Source: Octopus vulgaris
Lineage: Eukaryota
Direction: 5' to 3'
DNA length: 64,000 nucleotides
Assembly (NCBI GenBank): GCA_951406725.2
Contig: OX597836.1
Coordinates: 43,214,001 to 43,278,000 of the forward strand
Position numbers and translations under genes: made by a program. Positions 39,097 to 52,345 of the stretch are shown here, in pieces. A model generated the notes under the pieces. The model was not told the DNA's origin. It saw nothing but the letters and a program-made list of their open reading frames with translations, and ran no database searches. Each line of letters begins with the position of its first letter. Position 1 is the stretch's first letter.

Positions 39097-39997
39097 CGGA
39101 GTAAACCAACTCTTGCACGAAAATTCTCATCAAATGTCAAGGGAAATGGCAGAAAAAATGGAATGCTCCCACACTGCTATAGAAAAGCATCTTCCTCGAT
39201 AAGAAAGGTTCAGAAGTATGGAGCATGGGTTCCGCATGCTTTAAGTAACAACAACGAAAATCAACGAGCCACAGTCTCCGCTGGTTTGCTTGCTCGTTAC
39301 CGCTGAACTCATGGACACAAGCAACGACTTCTTGACCGAATCGTTACTGGCGAACAAAAATTATGCCTGTACATCAATATGAAGCAGCGTAAGGAATGGC
39401 TTAGCTCCGGTAAACAAGCGACACCGCGCGTGAAACAAGATCTTCATCCACGTAAAACGATGTTGTGCGTATGGTGGGACTGGGAAGGGATTATCCATTA
39501 CGAATTGCTTGAACGGAACCAAACGGTCAACGCAGAACTCTATGTTCAACAGATGGAACGACTCAACACGGCTATTCAAGAGAAAAGACCTAATCGTCAA
39601 CATGGAGTTCTTCTGCTGCACGACAACGCCCGCCCTCATATCGCCAATATGACGAAGGAAGCCATTCAAACGAATGACTGTGAAGTGCTGTCACATCTGC
39701 CGCATTCTCTTGATTTGGCACCAACGGATTTCCACCTCTTTCGATCTCTTTCAAATCCAATGCGCGGAGTTTCGTTCAATACTGATGCAGAATCGAGAGC
39801 TTGGGCGGATCAATTTTCCGAGTCGAAATCGGGTGATTTCTACCAACGAGGTATTGAAAATCTTGTTGAACGTTGGGAAGAAGTTGTAAATAACAAGGGT
39901 GAATACATTATTGATTAATTAGTTGTGAGTTTTTATTAAACCTTTAAAAAGTTTAAAATTTTAAAAAACGTCGGGAACTTAATTGCCAACCCAAAAT
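39097..39997 (+). pseudogene. Mariner (D,D34D) transposase remnant with right TIR
   Basis: WVPHAL, MLCVWWD, HDNARPH and SLDLAPTDFHLF, with 34 residues between the two Asp. In-frame stop at 39304. First catalytic Asp lost (TGEQK). 5' part missing. Confidence 0.92.
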
Positions 39998-40033
39998 ATA
40001 TATAAATAAATATATATATATATTATATATTTA

Positions 40034-40097
<64 letters not shown>

Positions 40098-40205
40098 TGT
40101 AGTCAATAATAATAAGGGTAAAATTAATTAATTATTAATTTATAATTTTACCAAGCAGTGTTCAGTATGTAAAAGGACCATTTACGGTATATTTAAAAAT
40201 TACTT

Positions 40206-40697
40206 TATATAATTAGGGTTCAGCAAAAAATTTTACTTTACCACACACCGAACTTTTAGAAATAGCAGCCAAAGAATTTAGCTATTTCCTCTACTATAAG
40301 AAGAGTCCCCCAGACAATGTATACTCAAAAACAATTCACGTAGGCATAGAGGGAAAAATAACGAAAGATCACTCGTAAATCGATTACCTGAGAACGCCGT
40401 TTCTGGGTTAGTTAGATATAGAGATGCTAGAAATACATCCCTATTCCAACATTCCTGTCATCAGTCAAATATTTCGTTAAATTTAAACTTGAGAGCACTA
40501 AAAATCGAACATACCTGTCCGATTATCGAGTGATCTTTCGTTATTTTTCCCTCTATGCCTACGTGAATTGTTTTTGAGTATACATTGTCTGGGAGACTCT
40601 TCTTATAGTAGAGGAAATAGCTAAATTCTTTGGCTGCTATTTCTAAAAGTTCGGTGTGTGGTAAAGTAAAATTTTTTTACTGAACCCTAATTATATA
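40206..40697. repeat. ~170-bp near-perfect inverted repeat with 150-bp spacer (Penelope-like inverted pLTR)
   Basis: 40206-40375 pairs with 40528-40697. The spacer holds TGA-CTGATGA ... GAAACGGCGTTC-TCA on the minus strand. Confidence 0.85.
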
Positions 40698-40698
40698 T

Positions 40699-40810
<112 letters not shown>

Positions 40811-40842
40811 ACAATGAACCTCGCCAAGAAAAATATTTAAAC

Positions 40843-40903
40843 CACCTGATGAATGACTGCGACTCAAAAATTTGAAGACAGCAGGCATGAAACGATCGTA
40901 GTG
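40843..40903 (+). ncRNA. Minimal type I hammerhead ribozyme with palindromic stem III
   Basis: CAC-CUGAUGA-AUGACUGC...GCAGGCAU-GAA-ACGAUCGU-A-GUG. GUA triplet; ACGAUCGU is self-complementary. Confidence 0.75.
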
Positions 40904-41030
40904 TGATATTAATTATATTTTTTTAATAATTTTGTTACATATTTAAATAATATAAATTAATCATATGTATTGGCTTAAGTTTTTCATTGTTTGATTTGCC
41001 TAATAGTGGTTTTGTCTCTAATTTAATATA

Positions 41031-41110
<80 letters not shown>

Positions 41111-41358
41111 ACCCCAATATGGACACAGCCTTGGGCTGAAACTCATAAAAGAATAAAAGAACTTATATATATATAATTTACATACATTCCCACATATATG
41201 CATCTATATGTGTATACATATGTATGCATATATTTATGTATATATGCATCGATCTATCTATGTATACATGTAAGCATGTTTGTATGTATTTTACGGACGT
41301 TTTGGGAAATGGTCGCTGATGAGTTTGTCATCTGATAATCGCTTAGCATTAGTTGCAC

Positions 41359-41409
<51 letters not shown>

Positions 41410-41410
41410 T

Positions 41411-41545
<135 letters not shown>

Positions 41546-41672
41546 TATGGGACCCCAGTATGCCTTTGGGCTGAATCTCATAAAAGAATAAAAGAATTTA
41601 TAAAAATATACAATGCATATATAACAATATACATACGTACCTCCATATATGTATATATACATATATATAGAA

Positions 41673-41717
<45 letters not shown>

Positions 41718-41767
41718 CATACATACATACATACATACATACATACATACATACATACATACATACA

Positions 41768-41799
<32 letters not shown>

Positions 41800-41925
41800 C
41801 ACATTGCGTTTATGTTAGTCTCTGCGTGTAAATAGCTAAACAAGATTTTTTTTTAAATTAATCTCCGATTCAGCAATGAATACATGTTTGAATGGGAATT
41901 GTGGGACTGAAAATGAAGTTTCGAT

Positions 41926-41960
<35 letters not shown>

Positions 41961-42102
41961 TATGCACATGTTCAAGCATACACACATACCACATACATCT
42001 ACTTCAGATCCTACTTTCTCTTTTTGAAGTTGGCATCTGCACTTAAGTGCGATTAATATAAAGGTTTACATCTGTATCTATTTACATATATACATTACAT
42101 GC

Positions 42103-42140
<38 letters not shown>

Positions 42141-42181
42141 CATATGTGTACACACACACTTACACCCACACATACACATAT

Positions 42182-42234
<53 letters not shown>

Positions 42235-42270
42235 GTATGCATGTATGTATGAATGAATGAATGATAGCAT

Positions 42271-42335
42271 GTATATATAGCGAGGCTTTGCTGGCATGCA
42301 GTGGTCAGAAAGAATTACTTCACAATCAGGTAAGA
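42271..42335 (+). promoter_or_regulatory. Candidate TATA/Inr and short non-coding first exon (42307-42329) of gene 3
   Basis: GTATATATA to TCA spacing equals that in gene 2, followed by a CAG|GTAAGA donor. No upstream homology to genes 1/2, and the TATA abuts microsatellite-rich DNA. Confidence 0.45.
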
Positions 42336-42504
42336 TCTGCAGACTTTTTCCCCATATTGGGAAGTTAATGTTTAATTAAGCCATTTGTTGAATGTTCTGG
42401 AATAATGTCTGAATGTTTTGTCACTGACTTCATATCGGAATCGATATTCTTGCTAGAATAGAATAAATTATCCATTCATGTATGTGTGTATCAACATATA
42501 TATG

Positions 42505-42581
<77 letters not shown>

Positions 42582-42628
42582 TTGTCTGTGTGTGTATATA
42601 TATATATTCGCGTGAATATTTATATCTC

Positions 42629-42662
<34 letters not shown>

Positions 42663-43163
42663 CACTCGCTTACATTTGTACAAATATATTTATGGATATA
42701 TACATGAACATGTATACATACATCGTATCAGCTGGGACCCTCGTCTTAGATTCCCATTCATACATATATACAACGTTGATATTTGTACATTAAAATGTAC
42801 GTACGTACGTGCGTATGTATGTTTGTATGTATGTATGTATGTCTGCATGTATGTATGCATACATACGTATTTATAGGTATGTTATTTGACGTCTTTCGGT
42901 CAATGGACTGCGGCCATTCTGAGGCAGTGCATTGAAAAGTGTAGTGGAATAAATCGCATCCATTACTTATTTTAAACGTAGACCTTATTCCATTGGGGTT
43001 TTTTGTTGATGAGCGGCTAAAATATGGGGATTTAAACACACCAGCACCAATTGTCAAGTTGTGTGGGGCAAACACAAACACGCACCCCTATACACACACA
43101 CGTGTATACAAATAATATATATATAGTAACAAGAAAGGAGGAGGAGAATTTCGATTATATATA

Positions 43164-43342
43164 CCGTATTTTGATGTGTATAAGGAACCGTTTTTATCAA
43201 ATATTAACTTTAAAAAATATGGGAGTTTCTTATATATGGTTAGTATTATAATCCCTTGCAAAGCTCTTTTTTTCCATATTTTAAGCCCTCAAAATTAGGG
43301 GTTCCTTGTAAACGAGGGTTCCTTACACACGCTAAAATACCG
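43164..43342. mobile_element. Small TA-flanked MITE
   Basis: TA|CCGTATTTT ... AAAATACCG|TA, imperfect TIRs. Confidence 0.55.
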
Positions 43343-43447
<105 letters not shown>

Positions 43448-43877
43448 GTATATATGCATACGAACTTAGTTTCGTAAGTAAATGCCTGTCAGTCTGGGCA
43501 AGCTTGGATTTTCAGAAAAAGAAATCAACCAACTGATTCGCACCTCACAAATACAATCTTTAAGCGGAAGAGTAAAACTCTGCAAGACTTTTCTCAAGTT
43601 TAGAACGTGACATTGCTTTCGTTATATACAATTCAAAGATGGAGTTTTGTATCTTTGTTAGAAACCAGCTCCTTCTTCAGAGGAAGAATTTAAATGATTA
43701 AATACAGAAGGGATACACACACTTGCCACATAATTTCCACTCCACAAATTCACTAATTAGGGCGTGGCTGGCATCGGTAGAAAACACTTGCCTGAGGTGC
43801 CACAGAGTGAGACGGAACTCAAAACTACGTGGATGTGACCTGATGTTTCTTAACTCTTCAGCAATACCTGCACGTAT

Positions 43878-44292
43878 ACTCTTACTCTTTACTCTTTTAC
43901 TTGTTTCAGTCATTTGACTGCGGCCATGCTGGAGCACCGCCTTTAGTCGAGCAAATCGACCCTGGGACTTATTCTTTGTAAGCCCAGTACTTATTCTATC
44001 GGTCTCTTTTGCCGAACCGCTAAGTGACGGGGACGTAAACACACCAGCATCGGTTGTCAAGCAATGCTAGGGGGACAAACACAGACACACAAACACACAC
44101 ATACATACATATATATATACATATATACGACAGGCTTCTTTCAGTTTCCGTCTACCAAATCCACTCACAAGGCATTGGTCGGCCCGGGGCTATAGCAGAA
44201 GACACTTGCCCAAGATGCCACGCAGTGGGACTGAACCCGGAACCATGTGGTTGGTTAGCAAGCTACTTACCACACAGCCACTCCTGCACCTA
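43878..44292 (-). mobile_element. SINE family A (young copy)
   Basis: Nearly identical to 55775-56200 and 23488-23900. Confidence 0.9.
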
Positions 44293-44642
44293 TGTTTGTA
44301 CAATATTTTGGCTTGGTTTTCCGAACATCTCATCGAAGGAGAATAATCTAACCAGCAACCCAGAAACAACAAAGAGATGACCTATTAATAATTAGATAAC
44401 ATTCAGGTGGCGAGCTGACAGAATCATTAGTACCACGGACGAAATGCACGGTCTACGTTCATTTTTATACTTTTTGTGATCTTTTTGTGATATGTTTAAA
44501 AAAATATATTTTTTTTATTCTTTATTTGATTTATGTCTATCATTGTTTCAATTGCATAATAGTGGTTTTTCTCTAATTTATATGATATATATATATATAT
44601 TGCACCGTTGGTGACATCCTGTACCCATACATGCATGTATAT

Positions 44643-44705
<63 letters not shown>

Positions 44706-44954
44706 TTATATTATATATTATATATGTATATATATAGATATATATATACATATATTACTTTATATATTATATATGTATATATATATAGATATATGTATAC
44801 ATATATTATATTATATTATATTATATTATATTATATTATATTATATTATATTATATATGTATATACAGTTATATATACAAATATATCCGTGTGTGCATGT
44901 GTGTATACGTAGTGAACGATTCCAACAGGCTAGTTATATGTTATAGCATACATA

Positions 44955-45021
<67 letters not shown>

Positions 45022-45034
45022 GTATGTATGTATG

Positions 45035-45088
<54 letters not shown>

Positions 45089-45317
45089 CGAACATACATA
45101 CATACATACATACATACATATTTCACATACACACGCATATGTATCAGGTGAAAGACTACTCAATTGTTCAAAATGAACAATTAAATTACACCATGTAGAA
45201 AATTACATATAATAGAAATATCAAAAATAAAATAACAATATTATACCAATAAAATAATAATAATAATATACCAATGATTAAGTAAATTGCAAAATAATAA
45301 TACAAACGTATATATTT

Positions 45318-45356
<39 letters not shown>

Positions 45357-45367
<11 letters not shown>

Positions 45368-45540
45368 TAAATAAATGGAGTTTAACGCAGGTGTAAATCA
45401 AATATTTTTACTTTCGAAGATTGCATTGTTTATACCATTTATTCTTTTGAATAGTATCAGTGGAATTTTCGAAACATGTGTCGAAAGTAAAAATATTTGA
45501 TTTACACCTGCGTTAAACTCCATTTATTTATTCATATATT
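45357..45540. repeat. ~60-bp perfect inverted repeat with 63-bp spacer
   Basis: ATGAATAAATAAATGG...ACTTTCGA pairs with TCGAAAGT...TTATTCAT. Confidence 0.85.
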
Positions 45541-45683
45541 ATTCAAAATATTCCACGCAAACACGAAGTTTCTACCTTTATAAACAAGGAGTTACAACCT
45601 CTTTACTTGTGAGATTTTTGCTACCCTGGTAACTATTTACTTATTTTTTCCGTGTTAATTGTTAACAAGGTAAAAATACACTC

Positions 45684-45737
<54 letters not shown>

Positions 45738-45744
<7 letters not shown>

Positions 45745-45860
45745 AATATGAGAGAGTAAGCACTATGTGGTCGACTCTAGTGCTAAAAATAGATCCGCTA
45801 TGGATCTATTTTTAGCACTAGAGTCGACCACATAGTGCTTACTCTCTCATATTTATGTAT
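45738..45860. repeat. Perfect hairpin, ~59-bp arms, 5-nt loop
   Basis: ATACATAAATATGAG...ATAGATCC-GCTAT-GGATCTAT...ATTTATGTAT. Confidence 0.9.
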
Positions 45861-45935
45861 AAATTTGTATTGTATCCCTGGTTTTTATGTGCTAAGCCAC
45901 TTGGTGTTAAAGTGATGGTATTATTAAATCATTTG

Positions 45936-45967
<32 letters not shown>

Positions 45968-46381
45968 ACAATGATAAATCTCAGAGCGAGTTATAAACAG
46001 TAGCGGTAACACATCGTGTTGCATATTTGCCATTTGAATATAGCTAACCCATAAGGGTGGATGTTACTGTAGTTTGTAGCCCCAGGAAGATATCTCCTCC
46101 AGCTGGCTATAGACACACTATCTGTGTCCTGTCAGTATTTGTGAAGGGGAGTCATCCTCCCCGTCTTCAACACATGATACACACGTACCCGAGTTTCAAG
46201 GTGTTTACCTTTCATCAGTGTGTGACAATCATGGTTGTCGATGAGAAGTCAGATCCCTTCACAAATACATATATCTTTTCCCAGTGTCGATTTGACACTG
46301 ATATTGAAAAAGTGAAATCAAACAATGATAAATCTCAGAGCGAGTTATAAACAGTAGCGGTAACACATCGTGTTGCATATT

Positions 46382-46385
<4 letters not shown>
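45968..46385 (-). mobile_element. Penelope-like pLTR unit bounded by ~63-bp direct repeats
   Basis: ACAATGATAAATCTCAGAGC...GCATATTTGC at 45968 and 46322. Contains the hammerhead at 46180. Confidence 0.65.
46180..46224 (-). ncRNA. Minimal type I hammerhead ribozyme
   Basis: CACACA-CUGAUGA-AAGGU(AAAC)ACCUU-GAA-AC(UCGG)GU-A-CGUGUG. One mismatch at the base of stem I. Confidence 0.7.
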
Positions 46386-46467
<82 letters not shown>

Positions 46468-46590
46468 ACTTGCCTTTCATGAAACAACAGTTTCAATTCT
46501 TATATAATAATCTGATTCTCTCTAATTTTTTATTTCTTTTTCTCTTCTTTCCACAGATTCTGCTTGATCTATTGAACCCAAACCGAAACC

Positions 46591-47223
46591 ATGCATATCT
46601 CTCTCTTTGTGACTTCCGTATTGGCTGTTGCCTTTGTAACGCTCATCGCCGACAGCGAAGCGGTGAAGAAACACTCCAATAAATACGGGAAACAAGGCGA
46701 AGACGTTGAACATCACGCTACCGCCGTCGGCAAACACGTGGCCCACGGTGACTATCAACAACATGGAGCGAAGGGCATGAAAGGGGCCTTCAGTATGGGT
46801 TACCACAACCATATGGATGACCACCACGACAACTACGGACATCACCAACATCATGAAGACCACGGCAAGCACAAGGACGACATGATGCAGAAATACGGAG
46901 CAATGGCAGCTCATGCCGGCCACGCAGCTGCTGGAGGAGTTCACAAAGCTGCAGCTGGACATGGCGGTTTCTACGGCGCTCATGGAGCCCATGCTGCTTT
47001 CGCAGGCCCTGGAGGCCCCATGGGAGGATTCGGTGGTGGTTTTGGTGGTGGTCATGGTATGTTCGGTGGCGGACACGGTGGTGGCAACGGAGGACACGGT
47101 GGCCACGGTGGATTTGGCGGCGGTTACGGCGGTGGCTATGGTGGTAACGGAGGCTATGGTGGTCTCGGTGGCTGGGGTGGTTTCGGTGGATTTGGTGGCT
47201 TCGGTGGGTATGGACATTATTAG
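46591..47223 (+). CDS. Secreted histidine/glycine-rich structural protein 3 (diverged paralog), 210 aa
   Basis: Signal peptide. Shares the N-domain with genes 1/2 (DNYGHH.H.EDH.KHKDDM..KYG...AHAGH...AGPG). GGF/GGH/GGY tail ending GHY. Acceptor TTTCCACAG| at 46556. Confidence 0.92.
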   Translation: MHISLFVTSVLAVAFVTLIADSEAVKKHSNKYGKQGEDVEHHATAVGKHVAHGDYQQHGAKGMKGAFSMGYHNHMDDHHDNYGHHQHHEDHGKHKDDMMQKYGAMAAHAGHAAAGGVHKAAAGHGGFYGAHGAHAAFAGPGGPMGGFGGGFGGGHGMFGGGHGGGNGGHGGHGGFGGGYGGGYGGNGGYGGLGGWGGFGGFGGFGGYGHY

Positions 47224-47763
47224 AAACAAAACAAAGGATAAATGACACATGCATGAACTAACATATGTGTATGTGTGTATATATATATATATACATATAT
47301 ATATACAGACACACCTGTACTATGATATCAAACCATCCTCAAAATTGATGACGATTATGGAAACTCTCACCACTGCATTACCAGACCATCAACACCGACA
47401 CAACAATGTTAACTTCTTCCAATATTTCATACTGTAATCTGATAATCTGATGCTGTACAATTAAAATAATTTCATTGAAACAAAGAACCGGTGTTATTTA
47501 TTATTACATTATATTATATTAAATTATATTATGTTATATTATATTATATTATATTATATTATATTATATTATATTATTATATTATATTAAAAATATGATC
47601 GTATGTTGAATTTTGCTGTTGTTCTTTCTCTTTGATACCAGCCTGTCTGGAACCACCGCTAGCTCTATAATACAAATTTCCTGTTTCGAAATGATTTAGA
47701 ACAGTAAAATGGCTGACCGTTAGTAAGGAGAAACACACAAATAAGAAAGAAGAAAGCAAAGGA

Positions 47764-47803
47764 CCACTGATGAGGTCACAGAAGTGTGACGAAAGAACTC
47801 TGG
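47764..47803 (+). ncRNA. Minimal hammerhead-like motif
   Basis: CCA-CUGAUGA-G-GUCACA(GAAG)UGUGAC-GAA-AG(AA)CU-C-UGG, followed by sequence related to the 20601 element family. Confidence 0.55.
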
Positions 47804-48236
47804 CTGAAATAAGATTAAGATTAATGTAAAAAATAAGTAACGCTGAAGCAAAGAAACACCAAATATATAGTGCGTGTGTTTTTATTGGCTAAACTGGCAA
47901 AATGACCATTCCTAAATACAACAACATCTGTTTCAACACACGATTTCACATCAAGAATCTTGCAAAACAAATATATAAACGTAATTTAGAGTATAATTTT
48001 TCATTAAAATTTCATGTTAATTTATGTTCGAAACACCAGCTTTAAAAAAACGGTAAAGTTATTTTATAAAATTCTTCATTATTTTCAAAATTAATTGAAA
48101 CATCGACATCGTATTTCAACCGAAATATGGTAACAAAAGAGTTAACAGCGTTCCATTAGTGACCATACAGTTTATCTACAACTACACTACCTAGAACAAC
48201 ATTATCTAATGTATTCTGTTATTCTATTATATGATG

Positions 48237-48537
48237 TTTGTTCCTTCTCAAGCCGGGCCTGGCTCATAACGGCCGGTTTCCCGGTTTCCTTGGCGTATAG
48301 GTTCCCCACCTGGACGGGACGCCGGTCCGTCGCAGGTGAGCTGCAAGATGTAGGAGGAAAGAGTGAGAGAAAGTTGTTGTGAAAGAGTCAGCAGAAGTTC
48401 GCCCTTAACTTCTGCCGGAGTCGCGTGGAGCTTAGGTGTTTCGCTCATAAACACACACATCGCCCGGTCTGAGATTCGAACTCACGATCCCTCGATCGCG
48501 AGACCACTGCTCTAACCACTAGGTCATGTGCCTCCAC
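48237..48537 (-). mobile_element. SINE family B, tail variant 2
   Basis: Homologous to 12865-13165. Confidence 0.85.
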
Positions 48538-49415
48538 CTATTATATGTACAATCACAGATTATTTTTACTTGTAGTTTGTGTGTGTATGTGTATATTTTG
48601 ATGTATGTAAGTATATAATGGAAATCCCGTCAAGGACGTCCTATGAGTATTCAGATTTTGTGATTTGCTTATAGAGATCAAATGTATGTGCTGTACATTA
48701 TTAGCTCACTCCCACCGTCAAACCGACGGTATCTGGTGTACAAGCGTAGTACGCGACAGGTGTCGGAGTAATCGCAGAGCAACGTGAGGTCTTTTCAAAG
48801 CTAGCTCCTCCAAGTTCTATACATCGATTCGCAGTTCTTTTACGTTTCCTTTCATGTAGTCTTTGAACATGTTTCTTTGTCTGTTCAACGGATGTTTTCC
48901 TATACGCAGCACTCTGTAGAACACCTCAGAATCCCTTAATGTTCCATATGTACAACATAACCAACCCAACGTATCTGAGTTGATGTGGCGAGCGACTTGA
49001 GGGTTATGCATCCTGTCATTGCAAGAACTTTTATGTCAAGTGATTTACTTTGCCAATTCATGTTGAGTAAGTGCCTCGACCATTTTTGTGAAAACGCTCA
49101 AGCAGCTGACGAAGTTCCAGTTGACAATGGAGTCAGGCAAGTTACCATTTCTGATCCCACACTCTTTTTAATATTCTTTACTGTTGTAAAGCGACCCGCT
49201 AGCAGAATCCTTAGCAAACCGGATGGCATTTCGTCCGTCTTTACGTTCTGAATTCAAATTCCGTCAAGGTCGACTTTGCCTTGCATCTTTTCGAGATCGA
49301 TAAAATAAATACCAGTTAAGCACTGGGCGAGGGGTCAATGTAATCGACTAGCCCCCCCCCTCGTCCGAATTTGCTGGCCTTGTGCAAAATGTGAAAACAT
49401 ACATACATACACACA

Positions 49416-49820
49416 CTCTTTTACTCTTTTATTCACGTACTTGTTTCAGTCATTTGACTGCAGCCATACTGGAGCACCACTTCTAGTAGAGCAAATAGAC
49501 CCCAGGAATTATTCTTTGTAAGCCTAGTACTTATTCTATCGGTCATTTCTGCCGAACCGCTAAGTTACAGAGATGTAAACACACCAGCATCAGTTGTCGA
49601 GCGATGTTGGGGAGACAAACACAAACACACAAACGTATACGCACACATACATATATATATATGCGACGGTCTACTTTCAGTTTCCGTCTACCAAATCCAC
49701 TCACAAGGCATTGGTCGGCCCGGGGCTATAGCAGAAGACACTTGCCCAAGGTGCCACGCAGTGGGACTGAATCGGAACCATGTGGTTGGTAAGCAAGCTA
49801 CTTTCCACACAGTCACTCTT
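49416..49820 (-). mobile_element. SINE family A
   Basis: Match to the family consensus. Confidence 0.85.
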
Positions 49821-49929
49821 ACATACATATAAGCGGCTGACATTTTACAGGAAACCACTAATATGTATATTTAGAAGCACTATGGAAGGTCAGACTGATA
49901 TACCTAATCGGCTTTCAATAGCATGGACA

Positions 49930-50380
49930 AATCTTGTAGCCAAGAATGGAACCGCCGAGCTGCCTGAAAATTATTGGTCATTGCTTGCCTAAACATTACG
50001 TACGAACTAACTGTACAGAAGCTACCTCAAACTTTAATAATCAAAGAGAAAGCGGATAACCATGGATAAGTGCTTCTAACTTCCAGCTTCTATACCCGGA
50101 TTACAAATTTACATTTATACCAGTAATAATCGGTGAACTTGGTTTTGTAAGTAAATGCCTAACTGACAATCTAGAAAAGCTTGGGGTTTCAGAAAAAGAA
50201 ATCAAGCAACTAACTTTCACATTACAAATATAATCTGTAAGTGGAACAGTAAAAATATGCAAGACTTTTCTGAAGTATAAGATCTGACATTCTTTTCCTT
50301 ATCTAGATCCCGACGATGGGGCTTTGTATTTTTGCTAGAAACCAGCTCCTTCCTCAGAGGAAGATTTGAAATAATTAAAG
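49930..50380 (+). pseudogene. 3' end of an RLE-type (R4/Dong-like) non-LTR retrotransposon; shorter homolog at 43470-43700
   Basis: Translates to YPDYKFTFIPVIIGELGFVSKCL...SVSGTVKICKTFL, followed by a 3' UTR shared with 43470-43700. Confidence 0.6.
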
Positions 50381-51260
50381 GCAGAAGAGAATGAATACAT
50401 ACATACATACATACATACATACATACATACATACATACATACATACATACATACATACATACATACATACATACATACATGTAGAGTATGTTATGCAATG
50501 CTAAATTAAACGTCGTACAGTTGGTCATTCGAAACTTAAACTCCAACTCCTTCAAGAGAAGTTACAATTGAGGTTGAAAGTCGGCTATAAGAACAATCTT
50601 CGTCGAGCAAGTATGGAAGCAGAAATGACAAACAGAGGGCGAAAAGAATGTATTTACATGGAAAGGTTTTTTTACACAATTATATGCTATAGTCAAGTTT
50701 GATCTTATTAACTGCTTCGAATAATCGATGACTTGTGCTTTAACCGTGCATAAATGTATGGCAAAGAACTTGCACATGCAAGTGCTACCAGTTAAAAGCT
50801 CCGCATACCGGAAGCCAGCAAGTGTATGGGGTCATCAGGAGAGAATGCGCGCCGTTTCGGTGCCTACCTCTCGACGGCATCAATGCGCACCGAGCCCCCC
50901 TCACTGATATGAGGCCCCACTTGCTAGATCACCTGCTTATCAAATTAAGCTCAATATTTTTCTAGCCATCGCTCATCGTCTCTTTTTAACCAAATCCAAT
51001 GGCTAACCTTTTCCACTGTGGTTTGGATATCGATCATGGTGGTATTGACTTTACGATGAGTTAGGCCTAACGATAACAACAGTCGGCTCACACTGTGTCC
51101 AACGAACCCTCTACATGTAATGAGATGCGATAATATTGTAAGGATGTGGACTGGAACGGATTTTGAGAGATTGGTAGAGTGAATTCACCTTCACCAGAAG
51201 ACACTGGCGATTAGCTTAGCAGACAACAGTGTTTCTAAATATGCATATTATTAGACATGT

Positions 51261-51417
51261 TGGAGTAGCTGTGTGGTAAGTAACTTGCTAACCAACCACA
51301 TGGTTCCGGGTTCAGTCCTACTGCGTGGCACCTTGGGCAAGTGTCTTCTACTATAGCCTCGAGCCGACCAAAGCCTTGTGAGTGGATTTGGTAGACGGAA
51401 ACTGAAAGAAGCCAGTC

Positions 51418-51497
<80 letters not shown>

Positions 51498-52149
51498 ATG
51501 TGTGTGTGTGTGTGTGTTTGTATGTCTGTGTTTGTCCCCCCAACATCCCTTGACAACCGATTCTGGTGTGTTTGCGTCCCCGTCACTTAGCGGTTCGGCA
51601 AAAATGAGACCGATAGAATAAGTACTAGGCTTACAAAAGAATAAGTCCCGGGGGCGATTTGCTCGACTAAAAGGCGGTGCTCCAGCATGGCCGCAGTCAA
51701 ATGACTGAAACAAGTAAATGAGAAAAAAAGAGAAAGAAAGAGATATTATACGTAAGTATAAATGTACATATGTCCAATAGGAAAAGAAGGACAAGAGCAG
51801 AGGAAAGGTTCTGATGAAAAGCATAAAGGGAGAGGGGAGAGGAAGGTTCAAGGGGGCTGAGGGAGAATTCATAATTAAAGACGTCAGTTAACTCTTTTAC
51901 TTTTTTACTTGTTTCAGTCATTTGACTGCGGCCATGCTGGAGCACCGCCTTTTAGTCGAGCAAATCGACCTCAGGACTTATTCTTTGTTGTAAGCCTGGT
52001 ACTTATTCTATCGGTCCTTTTTTGCCGAACCGCTAAGTGACGGGAACGTAAACACACCACCATCGGTTGTATAGTTTGTCCCCCCCTCCAACATCGGTTG
52101 TAAAGCGATGTTGGGGGGACAAACACAAACGCACAAACATATACACACG

Positions 52150-52228
<79 letters not shown>

Positions 52229-52345
52229 GACGGGCTTCTTTCAGTTTCCGCCTACGAAATCCACTCACAAGGCTGTGGTCGGCCCGAGGCCATAGTAGAA
52301 GACACCCAAGGTGCCACGCAGTGAGAATGAACCCGGAACCATGCT
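51261..52345. mobile_element. Tail-to-tail inverted pair of family A SINEs (51261-51720 +, 51891-52345 -)
   Basis: Two full copies about 170 bp apart in opposite orientation. Confidence 0.85.

Noticed and set aside
39379-39918. Domesticated or active mariner transposase gene
   Set aside because: Upstream in-frame stop, missing N-terminus and left TIR, and loss of the first catalytic Asp.
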